Translations under genes and position numbers: made by a program
In this document: piece by piece, positions 28,313-36,239 of the stretch
How positions within the stretch are numbered: position 1 is the first letter of the stretch
How the letters are laid out: the number at the start of each line of letters is the position of its first letter
The notes under the pieces: model-generated
The model's input: only the letters and a program-made list of their open reading frames with translations
Databases searched by the model: none
What the model was told of the DNA's origin: nothing
Assembly: GCA_900753135.1 (NCBI GenBank)
Contig: CAADXZ010000200.1
Coordinates: 1 to 54,958, forward strand
Direction: 5' to 3'
DNA length: 54,958 nt
Origin: Clostridia bacterium
GTDB lineage: Bacteria > Bacillota > Clostridia > TANB77 > UBA1234

Positions 28313-29212
28313 TTAATGTAACAAATTCATAGTTTCAATTAATAATTTAATGTTGTCATATGTACATTTCTTTGTCTCTGAGCAAACGCCTTTTCTCATT
28401 AATGCTTTTTCATCTATGAGCTTTCCTCTCCTTATAAAGAAGAAAATTTTGCCTTCTTTATATATGATAGTAATTTCTTTATTAAGCTTTTTTCTCAATA
28501 TCAATAATTTTTCCATGAATTCTATCGTTAATATTTTTCTAGCTTCTATCTGATTATCAGAATATACCTCAAAATATCTCTCAAACTCAGGATTTTCCAA
28601 TCTGACAGTATTCTTAATTCCAACCATTTTTCTCATTCCAGCAGCGATATGATTTATGTATTTATTATTTATATCTGGATTAATTCTTATAGTAAAATCA
28701 TGAATCTCTTCAGAATCCAATACTCCAAATATTCCATTGAAGAGAATATTTTTATGTACATTACCATCTGAATCTTTATATATCTTTGAAAGAAGTAAAT
28801 CACATATTTGGAAGTTTGTGTGATCTTCAAGTTTTCCACCTATAAAGTTTTTAACATTATATTCATCATACTTATCTATAAAATTAGATTTTCTATATAG
28901 TCCTTGGTATATTCCCCTATTAGGTTTAAAATCAAAATTTGTTATAGTTTTATATAATGAGTTAGTAACATCCTCCTTCAAACATTTAATCAAATAAAAA
29001 TGTTTACTCATTATTTTATATCCCCAAAATTGTATTACAAAAAATGAAATTATTAGTAAAATAGTAATAGGTGCAAAAGTACTATCATAATCCTTCAATG
29101 TTCCATAAAATATAATTGCAGAGAGAATCACAATAAACAAAAGGATACATATCTTTTCTTCTTTTAATAATTTTTTTCTTTTTTCATCTAACTTTCTGCT
29201 TTCTTCGTCCAT
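28313..29212 (-). CDS. LemA-associated membrane protein (DUF3137-like)
   Basis: Two N-terminal TM helices, about 300 aa, immediately downstream of lemA. Confidence 0.5.
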   Translation of the reverse strand: MDEESRKLDEKRKKLLKEEKICILLFIVILSAIIFYGTLKDYDSTFAPITILLIISFFVIQFWGYKIMSKHFYLIKCLKEDVTNSLYKTITNFDFKPNRGIYQGLYRKSNFIDKYDEYNVKNFIGGKLEDHTNFQICDLLLSKIYKDSDGNVHKNILFNGIFGVLDSEEIHDFTIRINPDINNKYINHIAAGMRKMVGIKNTVRLENPEFERYFEVYSDNQIEARKILTIEFMEKLLILRKKLNKEITIIYKEGKIFFFIRRGKLIDEKALMRKGVCSETKKCTYDNIKLLIETMNLLH

Positions 29213-29285
29213 AAAAAACCTCAATTCATATACTTGGTTACTTCGCGATAGTAACTAAAAAATATAACAAAATGTAATTTTTCAA

Positions 29286-29828
29286 TTAGATTTTAAGATT
29301 AATTGCATTTCTAACATCATCATTTACCACGAACAATTTCTTAGACATTTTCTTCATCATTTTTGCCAATATATTTGTTGGAAACGATTGTATTGTTGTA
29401 TTGTATTCTGTAACAGCAGCATTGTACGTTCTTCTTGCCGCTAAAAGCTCATTTTCTATCATAAGTAATTCTTCTTGCAAGGCTAAAAAATTGTGACTAG
29501 CTTTTAAATCAGGATAATTTTCAGCAACAACAAAAACTGATTTTAATGCAGAATTAAACTTATTGTCTGTTTCAACCGCTAGGTTAGCATCAGTAGTATT
29601 CATAGCTTCTGTTCTAATTGATGTAACCTTTTCAAGCACTTCACTTTCATGCTCAAAACTTTTCTTTACTATTTCTACCAAACTTGGTACAATGTCATAC
29701 CTTTTTTTTAAAACAACATCAACAGTAGAAAAAGCATTTTTTACCATATTTTCTTCACTAACTATCTGATTAAAAAATATAATTGCTAAAATTATAATTA
29801 ATACTAAAACTATGATTATTACTGTCAT
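29286..29828 (-). CDS. lemA: LemA family protein
   Basis: N-terminal TM helix; AENYPDLKASHNFLALQEEL...AARRTYNAAV. Confidence 0.9.
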   Translation of the reverse strand: MTVIIIVLVLIIILAIIFFNQIVSEENMVKNAFSTVDVVLKKRYDIVPSLVEIVKKSFEHESEVLEKVTSIRTEAMNTTDANLAVETDNKFNSALKSVFVVAENYPDLKASHNFLALQEELLMIENELLAARRTYNAAVTEYNTTIQSFPTNILAKMMKKMSKKLFVVNDDVRNAINLKI

Positions 29829-29848
29829 GAATGCTCCCCCTATATTTA

Positions 29849-30955
29849 TTATTTTTCATCAAACAAATCTTTAAATAGTCCTCTTTCAATTTGTTTTGCG
29901 AATATACATCTCAAAGCCATTAAAGCAATCGGACCTGCAATTAATCCAAATACACCACCAATCAACTTGTAACCTGCATACATTGCCATAAGAGTAATTA
30001 TAGGATGTATTCCAAATTGATTACTTACAAGCTTTGGCTCTATAAATTGTCTTACACAGAAAATTATTACATAAGTTATAAATATTGCAGCAGCAAATCC
30101 ATAGTTGCCTTCTATTAGCATCCAAACTGCCCATGGATTTAACACTGTTCCAACACCGAGTACTGGTAAAATATCAAGAAGTGCAATTACAAGTGCAAGA
30201 CCAAATGGATATGGCACATCAAATCCAATCCAATTGAATATATTAAATGCTAAGAATAACTCTGTAAAAGTTATCACAATTATTTTCAAATAAACTTTTA
30301 TATATCCACCTATTGAAGCAAAAATCTCATTTAAAACCTTTGTTGTATTTTTAATCCATGCTTTAGGAAAATGGTGTTCTAATAAATCAATTACATAGAT
30401 TCTGTCTTTTGTAAAGAATATAAGTGCAAGAATTGTTATGATTATATTTATTGCAATTGTTGGAATAGATAATAGCATCTTCAAAGACTGTGAAGCAACT
30501 TCACCAATATATGTTCCAAAATTTCCAATAAAATCCACAACAGATTTTTCAACAGCATTTATAACCTGTGGTGAAATATCTGCGTATTCAGCAGTTATGT
30601 TATCTGTCAATACATTTACAAAATCTGTAGCTTTTGTTATTGCTGGTGCAATGTTACTAGTAAGTTTCAATAATTCAGAAATAAGCTCTGTAGTTCCCCA
30701 TACAACAACAAAACCCAAGATTACAATAGTAAGTGTGATAATTATAAAACTACTAACTCTTCTACTCATTTTTAATTTATTCATACAAAATTTAATTACT
30801 GGCTCAATTGCTATTGCAATTATTGCAGCAATTAAAAATGGCATAAAGAAAAATGCAAACTTGCACAATAAAAACAACATCAATAATGTTCCAAGAAATA
30901 TTCCAACCCTACCAATAATTTTAGCTCTTTTACTTTTACTCATATTTTCTTCCAT
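29849..30955 (-). CDS. ytvI: AI-2E/UPF0118 family permease (YtvI-like)
   Basis: Polytopic membrane protein of about 368 aa with AI-2E-like topology and a C-terminal conserved region. Confidence 0.7.
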   Translation of the reverse strand: MEENMSKSKRAKIIGRVGIFLGTLLMLFLLCKFAFFFMPFLIAAIIAIAIEPVIKFCMNKLKMSRRVSSFIIITLTIVILGFVVVWGTTELISELLKLTSNIAPAITKATDFVNVLTDNITAEYADISPQVINAVEKSVVDFIGNFGTYIGEVASQSLKMLLSIPTIAINIIITILALIFFTKDRIYVIDLLEHHFPKAWIKNTTKVLNEIFASIGGYIKVYLKIIVITFTELFLAFNIFNWIGFDVPYPFGLALVIALLDILPVLGVGTVLNPWAVWMLIEGNYGFAAAIFITYVIIFCVRQFIEPKLVSNQFGIHPIITLMAMYAGYKLIGGVFGLIAGPIALMALRCIFAKQIERGLFKDLFDEK

Positions 30956-31044
30956 AATACACCTCTATACGTTAATTATCTAACTACTATTCTTGCATAG
31001 ATTTATGCTAAAATCAAGATATAAGTCCGAATTATAGCATATAA

Positions 31045-31105
31045 ATTCTTTCAATCTTCGAAAGTTTTCGACTAAAAGAAAAAAACTCTCACATAAATTA
31101 AAATC
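31045..31105. repeat. Dispersed structured intergenic repeat, copy 2 (inverted relative to copy 1)
   Basis: Reverse complement aligns with 12067-12130 (GTTTTCGACT..AAAGAA..CTCTC..ATAAATTAAAAT). Confidence 0.7.
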
Positions 31106-31316
31106 TTTTTTATACAATAGGAAAGGAAAAAAATAATGCAAAAAATGTTGTAAAACTTACAGCTCTCCTTATGTATAAAAAGGCAGAAAATCTTTATTTG
31201 ACTATCACTGATAGCATAATCTTTCATTTTCCACCTTTTATTTCTTGATTTTCTAAATAAACAAGAAAACTTATTATTAAAATTAAACTTTTTACATCCA
31301 AAATCGTAATTTTTTA

Positions 31317-31751
31317 TTATATATTCTCCGGTTCTGAAGGTAGAGATATTTCCGTTAAAGTTTCACTTACCTCCATATTAAATTTATCACTTGCTGCAAT
31401 GTCGCCTATAGAAAGCATGCCAATTAATCTTTCGTTTTCTATTACAGGAAGTCTTCTTATTTGTTGCTTTTTCATCAAATCTAAAGCAAAATGAACTTCC
31501 GCATCCGGTTTAACACTATATACTTTATCAGACATTATACTACTTGCAAAAGTTTTATATGGATCAAATTCTTCCTTCGCCATATTTAATACAATATCTC
31601 TATCAGTAACCATACCTAAAACTTGGTCACCATGTGCTACTACTGGAACAGCACCAATATTGTGATGTCGCATCAACTTTGCCACATCAAATACGGTATC
31701 ATTAGTATCAGCTAGCACTAAGTCTTTAGACATTAAATCTTTTACTAACAT
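31317..31751 (-). CDS. CBS-pair domain protein
   Basis: Two CBS motifs; AGGAGG upstream of the ATG at 31751. Confidence 0.85.
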   Translation of the reverse strand: MLVKDLMSKDLVLADTNDTVFDVAKLMRHHNIGAVPVVAHGDQVLGMVTDRDIVLNMAKEEFDPYKTFASSIMSDKVYSVKPDAEVHFALDLMKKQQIRRLPVIENERLIGMLSIGDIAASDKFNMEVSETLTEISLPSEPENI

Positions 31752-31888
31752 TTTTATATTCCTCCTTTTTAGTGATATTGTGTCCCTAAAAAGTAAAAAT
31801 ATTCCACACAAGCAAATATAAAAACCTACTGCATAAATTGAGTTTTCCTACACAATAAAAATGTATTCTCCTTTGATAAACAGCCTTT

Positions 31889-31938
31889 CAATTAAAATAT
31901 GCAAAAGAGTGCTAAATTCTCAGCACTCTTTTGCATAT
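31889..31938 (-). terminator. Strong terminator closing the 36.1-31.9 kb operon
   Basis: 17-bp perfect stem ATATGCAAAAGAGTGCT / AGCACTCTTTTGCATAT with an 8-nt loop, then TTTAAT. Confidence 0.8.
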
Positions 31939-31944
31939 AGGAAG

Positions 31945-32535
31945 TTAAATATACTTTAAAACTTCCCTAGGAGGTAGCCTAGCATCTATTTTCACAATCT
32001 GGACATTGCTTGCTTCAAACAATTGAGTAATACCAATTACTGTTTCTTCAAATTGTTGAAAACGTTTTTCGATTATCTCCGTCGTGTCGTCCTTACGTTT
32101 TACAAGAATAGTATCGCAACAATCACATATTCCAATTCTTTTTGGCTTTTTAAAAGATTTGGAATATACACTCCTACAAGTAGGACAAATCAATCTATCA
32201 GTTGCTCTTTGAATTACTAAATCTTTATCGGCAACAATATAAAATAATTTATCCACCTGTAAATTGTTATTACTTAAAAGTGCCTCTGCTTGTCCAAGAG
32301 TTCTAGGAAAGCCATCAATGATAATATCACTTCTAGAATTAGCAGTAATCGCTTTGTCTATTAATGATATTATTAATTCATCACTTGCCATCGTTCCTGC
32401 TTCGATATCCACTCCTGCATCTTTCAACAACTTACTTGCCGAAATACATTTCATGCCAAGTTTGGTTAACTCTTCAATCCGTGTCCCTTTCCCACTAGCT
32501 GGTGCTCCGATGAAAACAAAAATCTTTCTCTTCAT
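31945..32535 (-). CDS. Divergent adenylate kinase paralogue with Zn lid
   Basis: GAPASGKGT P-loop, DGFPRTLGQAEAL, CPTC...CDCC lid, KRKDD; AAGGAG 8 nt upstream of the ATG at 32535. Confidence 0.75.
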   Translation of the reverse strand: MKRKIFVFIGAPASGKGTRIEELTKLGMKCISASKLLKDAGVDIEAGTMASDELIISLIDKAITANSRSDIIIDGFPRTLGQAEALLSNNNLQVDKLFYIVADKDLVIQRATDRLICPTCRSVYSKSFKKPKRIGICDCCDTILVKRKDDTTEIIEKRFQQFEETVIGITQLFEASNVQIVKIDARLPPREVLKYI

Positions 32536-32571
32536 CTTTCTCACTCCTTATATAATTTTATTTTTAGTATA

Positions 32572-33831
32572 CTAACAATTTTTATGTAAAAAGCAAAAAG
32601 TATCTACTCCATTTATATCTCCATTTAGATAGCATCTATATCTACAGCCACCCCTGCAATGATCATAACTATCACAATTATTGCAAGTTTCATTGCCTTC
32701 AAACTCTCTAAAGTTCTTTAGTATATGACTATTATTCCATATGTCTGTCAATGTGTTTTCCTTTACATTTCCACATATAAATTCATCTGGATAATGAGAA
32801 CATGGTCTAACATTTCCTAACGGATCCACACAAATGCTTTCCTTTCCAGCAAAGCAACCAAAGCCTAATTCTTCTATATATTCATAATCTTCATCACAAT
32901 ATATATTAAGTGGAGCTCTAATTTTTATTAAACCACTATATTTACTTCTTAACCTTTCAATATTTTGTATTGTTTTTATATATTCATCTTGTGATATTAA
33001 AATATTTATTTTATTTGTAATAGCTCTTCCATCTTCTCTAACCGTATTGAACTTTACAGTGTCACACTTATATTTAATTCCTATTCTTATGATATCTTCA
33101 ATTTGATTTATATTATTTTTCATGAGAGTTGTTTTCAAAGAATACTTGCCTTTATAGTACTTCTTTAATAATTCTAAATTATTTGTTACTTTATAAAACG
33201 TTCCGCTCCCTCTTACAAAATCAAAACTTTTTTCATTACCACCGTCAAAACTTATAGTAAGATTGCTTATTTTTAATTCATTAAGTTTGAGAATTACTTT
33301 CTCGTTAAATATCGTACCATTTGTTGTGATAGATACACTTATATTATTTCTATTACATTCTTCAATAAAAAAATATATATCTTCCGAACAAAACGGCTCA
33401 CCACCAGCAATAGAAATCTTCTGTATTCCAAGTTCTTTTATTTGATTTATCAGATTAAATTTTTCTTTTAAAGTCAATTCCAATTTTTTCTGTACTCCAG
33501 ACTCAGTAAAGCAATGCTTACATCTCAAATTACACTTATATGTAATATCATAAAATATTCTAAATGGTGCTGACAGATAATTCTCAGACGCTTTATTATT
33601 AGCATTCTTTATATCAATTTTTACAACACCCAATTTTACTAATTCACGTAACATTTCAAAAATATCGTTTTTATCTAACTCTTGTAATTCTTCAACATTT
33701 TTTTCATATTGGATATCGCTTAGCATTTGTATTAAATTATAAGTTTCTTTATCTATTGCAATGTTTTCTTTGGTATTGTCGTCATATATAATTCCCCCAA
33801 AAAATTCTTTTTTCAATATTAAATTTCCCAT
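32572..33831 (-). CDS. Radical SAM/SPASM maturase-type enzyme with N-terminal RRE(PqqD)-like extension
   Basis: CNLRCKHC; C-terminal CFAGKESICVDPLGNVRPC ... CNNCDSYDHCRGGCRYRC; about 85 aa precede the core. Confidence 0.85.
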   Translation of the reverse strand: MGNLILKKEFFGGIIYDDNTKENIAIDKETYNLIQMLSDIQYEKNVEELQELDKNDIFEMLRELVKLGVVKIDIKNANNKASENYLSAPFRIFYDITYKCNLRCKHCFTESGVQKKLELTLKEKFNLINQIKELGIQKISIAGGEPFCSEDIYFFIEECNRNNISVSITTNGTIFNEKVILKLNELKISNLTISFDGGNEKSFDFVRGSGTFYKVTNNLELLKKYYKGKYSLKTTLMKNNINQIEDIIRIGIKYKCDTVKFNTVREDGRAITNKINILISQDEYIKTIQNIERLRSKYSGLIKIRAPLNIYCDEDYEYIEELGFGCFAGKESICVDPLGNVRPCSHYPDEFICGNVKENTLTDIWNNSHILKNFREFEGNETCNNCDSYDHCRGGCRYRCYLNGDINGVDTFCFLHKNC

Positions 33832-33899
33832 ATATTACTCCTTATTTTAGATAAATCCTATATCTAATACATAATTTATACCTACCTGCTAATTAAATA

Positions 33900-33962
33900 T
33901 TACATGTGTAAATTTTTTAATTTTTTTATATGTTTTTTGTGTACTTTTTTATTTGTTTTCAT
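33900..33962 (-). CDS. Untracked 20-codon ORF MKTNKKVHKKHIKKLKNLHM (candidate precursor peptide)
   Basis: AAAGGAGGAG lies 6 nt upstream of the ATG at 33962 and the TAA stop is at 33900-33902. The ORF sits between the two radical SAM genes. Confidence 0.5.
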   Translation of the reverse strand: MKTNKKVHKKHIKKLKNLHM

Positions 33963-34009
33963 AATCAACTCCTCCTTTCAATCAAAAGTTTATATTAGAT
34001 ATAGTATAA

Positions 34010-34906
34010 TCAATTAATAGTTTTTTTGTCGTATGCTTTATATCTATTTATAGCACACTTCATACAAAATTCGTTTTTATGATCAAACTCTTTTTTTAAT
34101 ATCTTATCTAAACCGCCACTTTTTATATTTCCAAGTAGCAATGCACCTTCTGTAAATGCACAAGGAAATACATCTCCTTTATAATCTATATAAAGAGAAG
34201 TCGTTCCACATAAGCAATTTTGTTTTTGAGTTAAATATTTTTCAACGGGTAATTCTACCTTGCATTTTACTTCTTTCTCTTTACAATACACCAAAATATC
34301 ATCTAGTAATTTCATAAATTCATCAAATGGAATAGGAATATTATTATTTTCTTTCGCTCTTCCAAATAAGTTTGTAGAATTTACCTTCAAGTTCTTAATA
34401 CCAGATTCATCGCAAAAATTAATGATATCAAAAATATCTTCCTTATTATACTTTGATATTGTTGTCCTAACTGAAATTCTATCAATAATTTCTCTATGTC
34501 CAGATAAGGTTTTCAAGTTATTGATTACATATTCTACATTTATCCCTTCTCGCACATTATTTGAATTAATATTTGAAAGTGAATCTAAACTAATTGTTAC
34601 TTTTACATTTTGATTTTCTTGTAAGCATTTAATAATATCATCATTCAAAATTGTTCCATTAGTCGTAATTGATATTTGCATATCCCTGTTATCATTAATA
34701 ATCTCTACAATATCCTTTAAAAAAGGCTCTCCACCACCAATAGAAACTTTATTAATTTTATTTTTTCTTATTTCAATAAACGTTTTTAGAATTTCATCGT
34801 TAGAAAGTTCTGCTTTATCCTTTGTACTACTAGAATTTGTAAAACAATATTTACAATTTGCATTGCACAATTTAGTTATATCAAAAAAAATCTTACTTAT
34901 CATCAT
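34010..34906 (-). CDS. Radical SAM enzyme with partial SPASM/twitch C-terminus
   Basis: CNANCKYC; CLCGTTSLYIDYKGDVFPC ... CMKC; its start overlaps the upstream gene by 14 nt. Confidence 0.85.
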   Translation of the reverse strand: MMISKIFFDITKLCNANCKYCFTNSSSTKDKAELSNDEILKTFIEIRKNKINKVSIGGGEPFLKDIVEIINDNRDMQISITTNGTILNDDIIKCLQENQNVKVTISLDSLSNINSNNVREGINVEYVINNLKTLSGHREIIDRISVRTTISKYNKEDIFDIINFCDESGIKNLKVNSTNLFGRAKENNNIPIPFDEFMKLLDDILVYCKEKEVKCKVELPVEKYLTQKQNCLCGTTSLYIDYKGDVFPCAFTEGALLLGNIKSGGLDKILKKEFDHKNEFCMKCAINRYKAYDKKTIN

Positions 34907-35384
34907 ACTCACCTAATTCATTTAAAATTTCAAATTCAACTCCAATAGTTTCTTGTAAGGCTGTACATTTAGCATTAAAAAGTGAATAATTATTTTTATT
35001 ATTATTTCCAAAACAAGTATTCATAATAACAATCGCAGTTTCAGCTTTGTGTTTTCCAATTCCGGGGAATGAGCACAATCTTCGTTCTATTGTTTCATTG
35101 TTTCCTTTAAAAATATCTTTTACATCGATATAATTTTCTAATACATTCACAACAGAACTATATAAATATATACTCATGCTTTTAGGGAATCTGTGTAAAA
35201 CGGGCTTTACCAGCATCGCACTTTCGATTTTTTCATAAGTTAATAAATTATATGATGTTTCGAAATTCTCTATCAAATTTAATCTATTCATTAATTCTCT
35301 TGTGTTTAACAAAACTTGCATTGCTTTCTGAGACTGATTTAATATTGTAGCCCATAATAAATATAATGCTTGTCTATTATTCAT
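34893..35384 (-). CDS. Short helix-hairpin-helix protein (endonuclease III-like HhH only)
   Basis: FPGIGKHKAETAIVIMNTCFG; GGAG 8 nt upstream of the ATG at 35384; ATGAATAA overlap with the MazG-like stop. Confidence 0.65.
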   Translation of the reverse strand: MNNRQALYLLWATILNQSQKAMQVLLNTRELMNRLNLIENFETSYNLLTYEKIESAMLVKPVLHRFPKSMSIYLYSSVVNVLENYIDVKDIFKGNNETIERRLCSFPGIGKHKAETAIVIMNTCFGNNNKNNYSLFNAKCTALQETIGVEFEILNELGEYDDK

Positions 35385-35736
35385 TATTTTTGCTCCATTT
35401 TCTTTCAATATTTTCTTTCTCTTTGCTTAACACTGCAGAATACAAATCAATATTTAATACATTGCACAATTCTGTAAGCACAATAAAAACATCTGCAACT
35501 TCCTCTTCAATTTCTGTATAATGGCTAATTTTATCTTTATCGATAGTGCCACCCGGTAATTTTTTTCGAATAGCTTTTGCTAATTCACCCGTTTCCTCCA
35601 ATATAAGTAACATTTCATCTTGTATACTTTTGTTTGAAAAACCTCTAAGTTCAATAACATTTTTAATATACTTTTGTAACTCTGGTAAAGTTGTTCTATC
35701 GCTTAATTGTGAGAATAAACTTTTTTGATTATCCAT
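35377..35736 (-). CDS. MazG-like nucleoside triphosphate pyrophosphohydrolase (single domain)
   Basis: EETGELAKAIRK and EEVADVFIVL metal-binding helices; 119 aa; AAAGGAG SD. Confidence 0.8.
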   Translation of the reverse strand: MDNQKSLFSQLSDRTTLPELQKYIKNVIELRGFSNKSIQDEMLLILEETGELAKAIRKKLPGGTIDKDKISHYTEIEEEVADVFIVLTELCNVLNIDLYSAVLSKEKENIERKWSKNNE

Positions 35737-35750
35737 ACAAGTTCTCCTTT

Positions 35751-35948
35751 CTAATAACTTTTAAGATTTTTATTAATAAAATAGGATGCCTTCACACTTG
35801 CATAATTGTGTGAAAACATCCTTAAAAAAGTCAATATTTTTGCAATATATAGAGAGAAAATGAAGGAAAAAAGAGTGAAAGAAACCCTAGTTAAAACATA
35901 TTCGCTAACTACAATATTTGATAATAATTCAATAATTATATCTTTCAT
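35751..35948 (-). CDS. Possible 65-aa single-TM protein or leader ORF (MKDIIIELLSNIVV...)
   Basis: GGGAGGAAG lies 6 nt upstream of the ATG at 35948, but the ORF reads through the terminator hairpin. Confidence 0.35.
   Translation of the reverse strand: MKDIIIELLSNIVVSEYVLTRVSFTLFSFIFSLYIAKILTFLRMFSHNYASVKASYFINKNLKSY
35770..35821 (-). terminator. Leader terminator/attenuator 35 nt upstream of the MazG-like start
   Basis: Minus-strand RNA reads GGAUGUUUUCACAC, a 10-nt loop, GUGUGAAGGCAUCC (14 bp including 2 G-U), then UAUUUUAUU. The G-U pairs would be A-C mismatches on the other strand. Confidence 0.65.
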
Positions 35949-36068
35949 TCTAAACTTCCTCCCAATACTTACTATAGATAAAATAACTCTCATCATTGCA
36001 AGATTTTATATTACTACCTTCAACTGTTACTTTTGATGTTTTGCTTCAGAAGTAATTCTATGTGCAGG

Positions 36069-36097
36069 AATATATCATGAATATTAAATATTGTCAA
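36069..36097 (-). promoter_or_regulatory. Near-consensus sigma-A-type promoter of the operon
   Basis: Minus strand reads TTGACA (36092-36097), 17 nt, TATATT (36069-36074). Confidence 0.6.
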
Positions 36098-36167
36098 CAT
36101 TTTTTTCATACTCCTATTATCAAAACCCAGGCTGTATTAAATTAAATATATTTCTTGTTATACAATA

Positions 36168-36212
36168 AATAGTGAACCAACAAGATTTAAATGTCCTGCC
36201 GGTCCACTATTT
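36168..36212 (-). terminator. Putative ppdK terminator
   Basis: About 11-bp stem AATAGTGAACC / GGTCCACTATT (one mismatch, large loop), then TATTTATTG. Confidence 0.45.
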
Positions 36213-36239
36213 TAATTAGACAAATATTCTCTATGTTAT

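Noticed and set aside
31202-31214. Perfect 13-bp palindrome CTATCACTGATAG, identical to the tetO core
   Set aside because: Palindromes with 6-bp arms are expected tens of times by chance in 55 kb of AT-rich DNA. There is no TetR-family gene nearby and no convincing overlapping promoter.
34010-34906. The 298-aa radical SAM enzyme as a prokaryotic viperin (given the adjacent nucleotide kinase)
   Set aside because: Its C-terminus carries SPASM/twitch-type Cys motifs (CLCG...PC...CxxC), which fits the SPASM/twitch maturase family rather than the viperin family, so a viperin call is unsupported.
35751-35996. 81-aa version of the leader ORF as given in the track
   Set aside because: The upstream in-frame ATGs have no SD. 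Only the ATG at 35948 has one, and even that ORF is uncertain because it spans the terminator hairpin.
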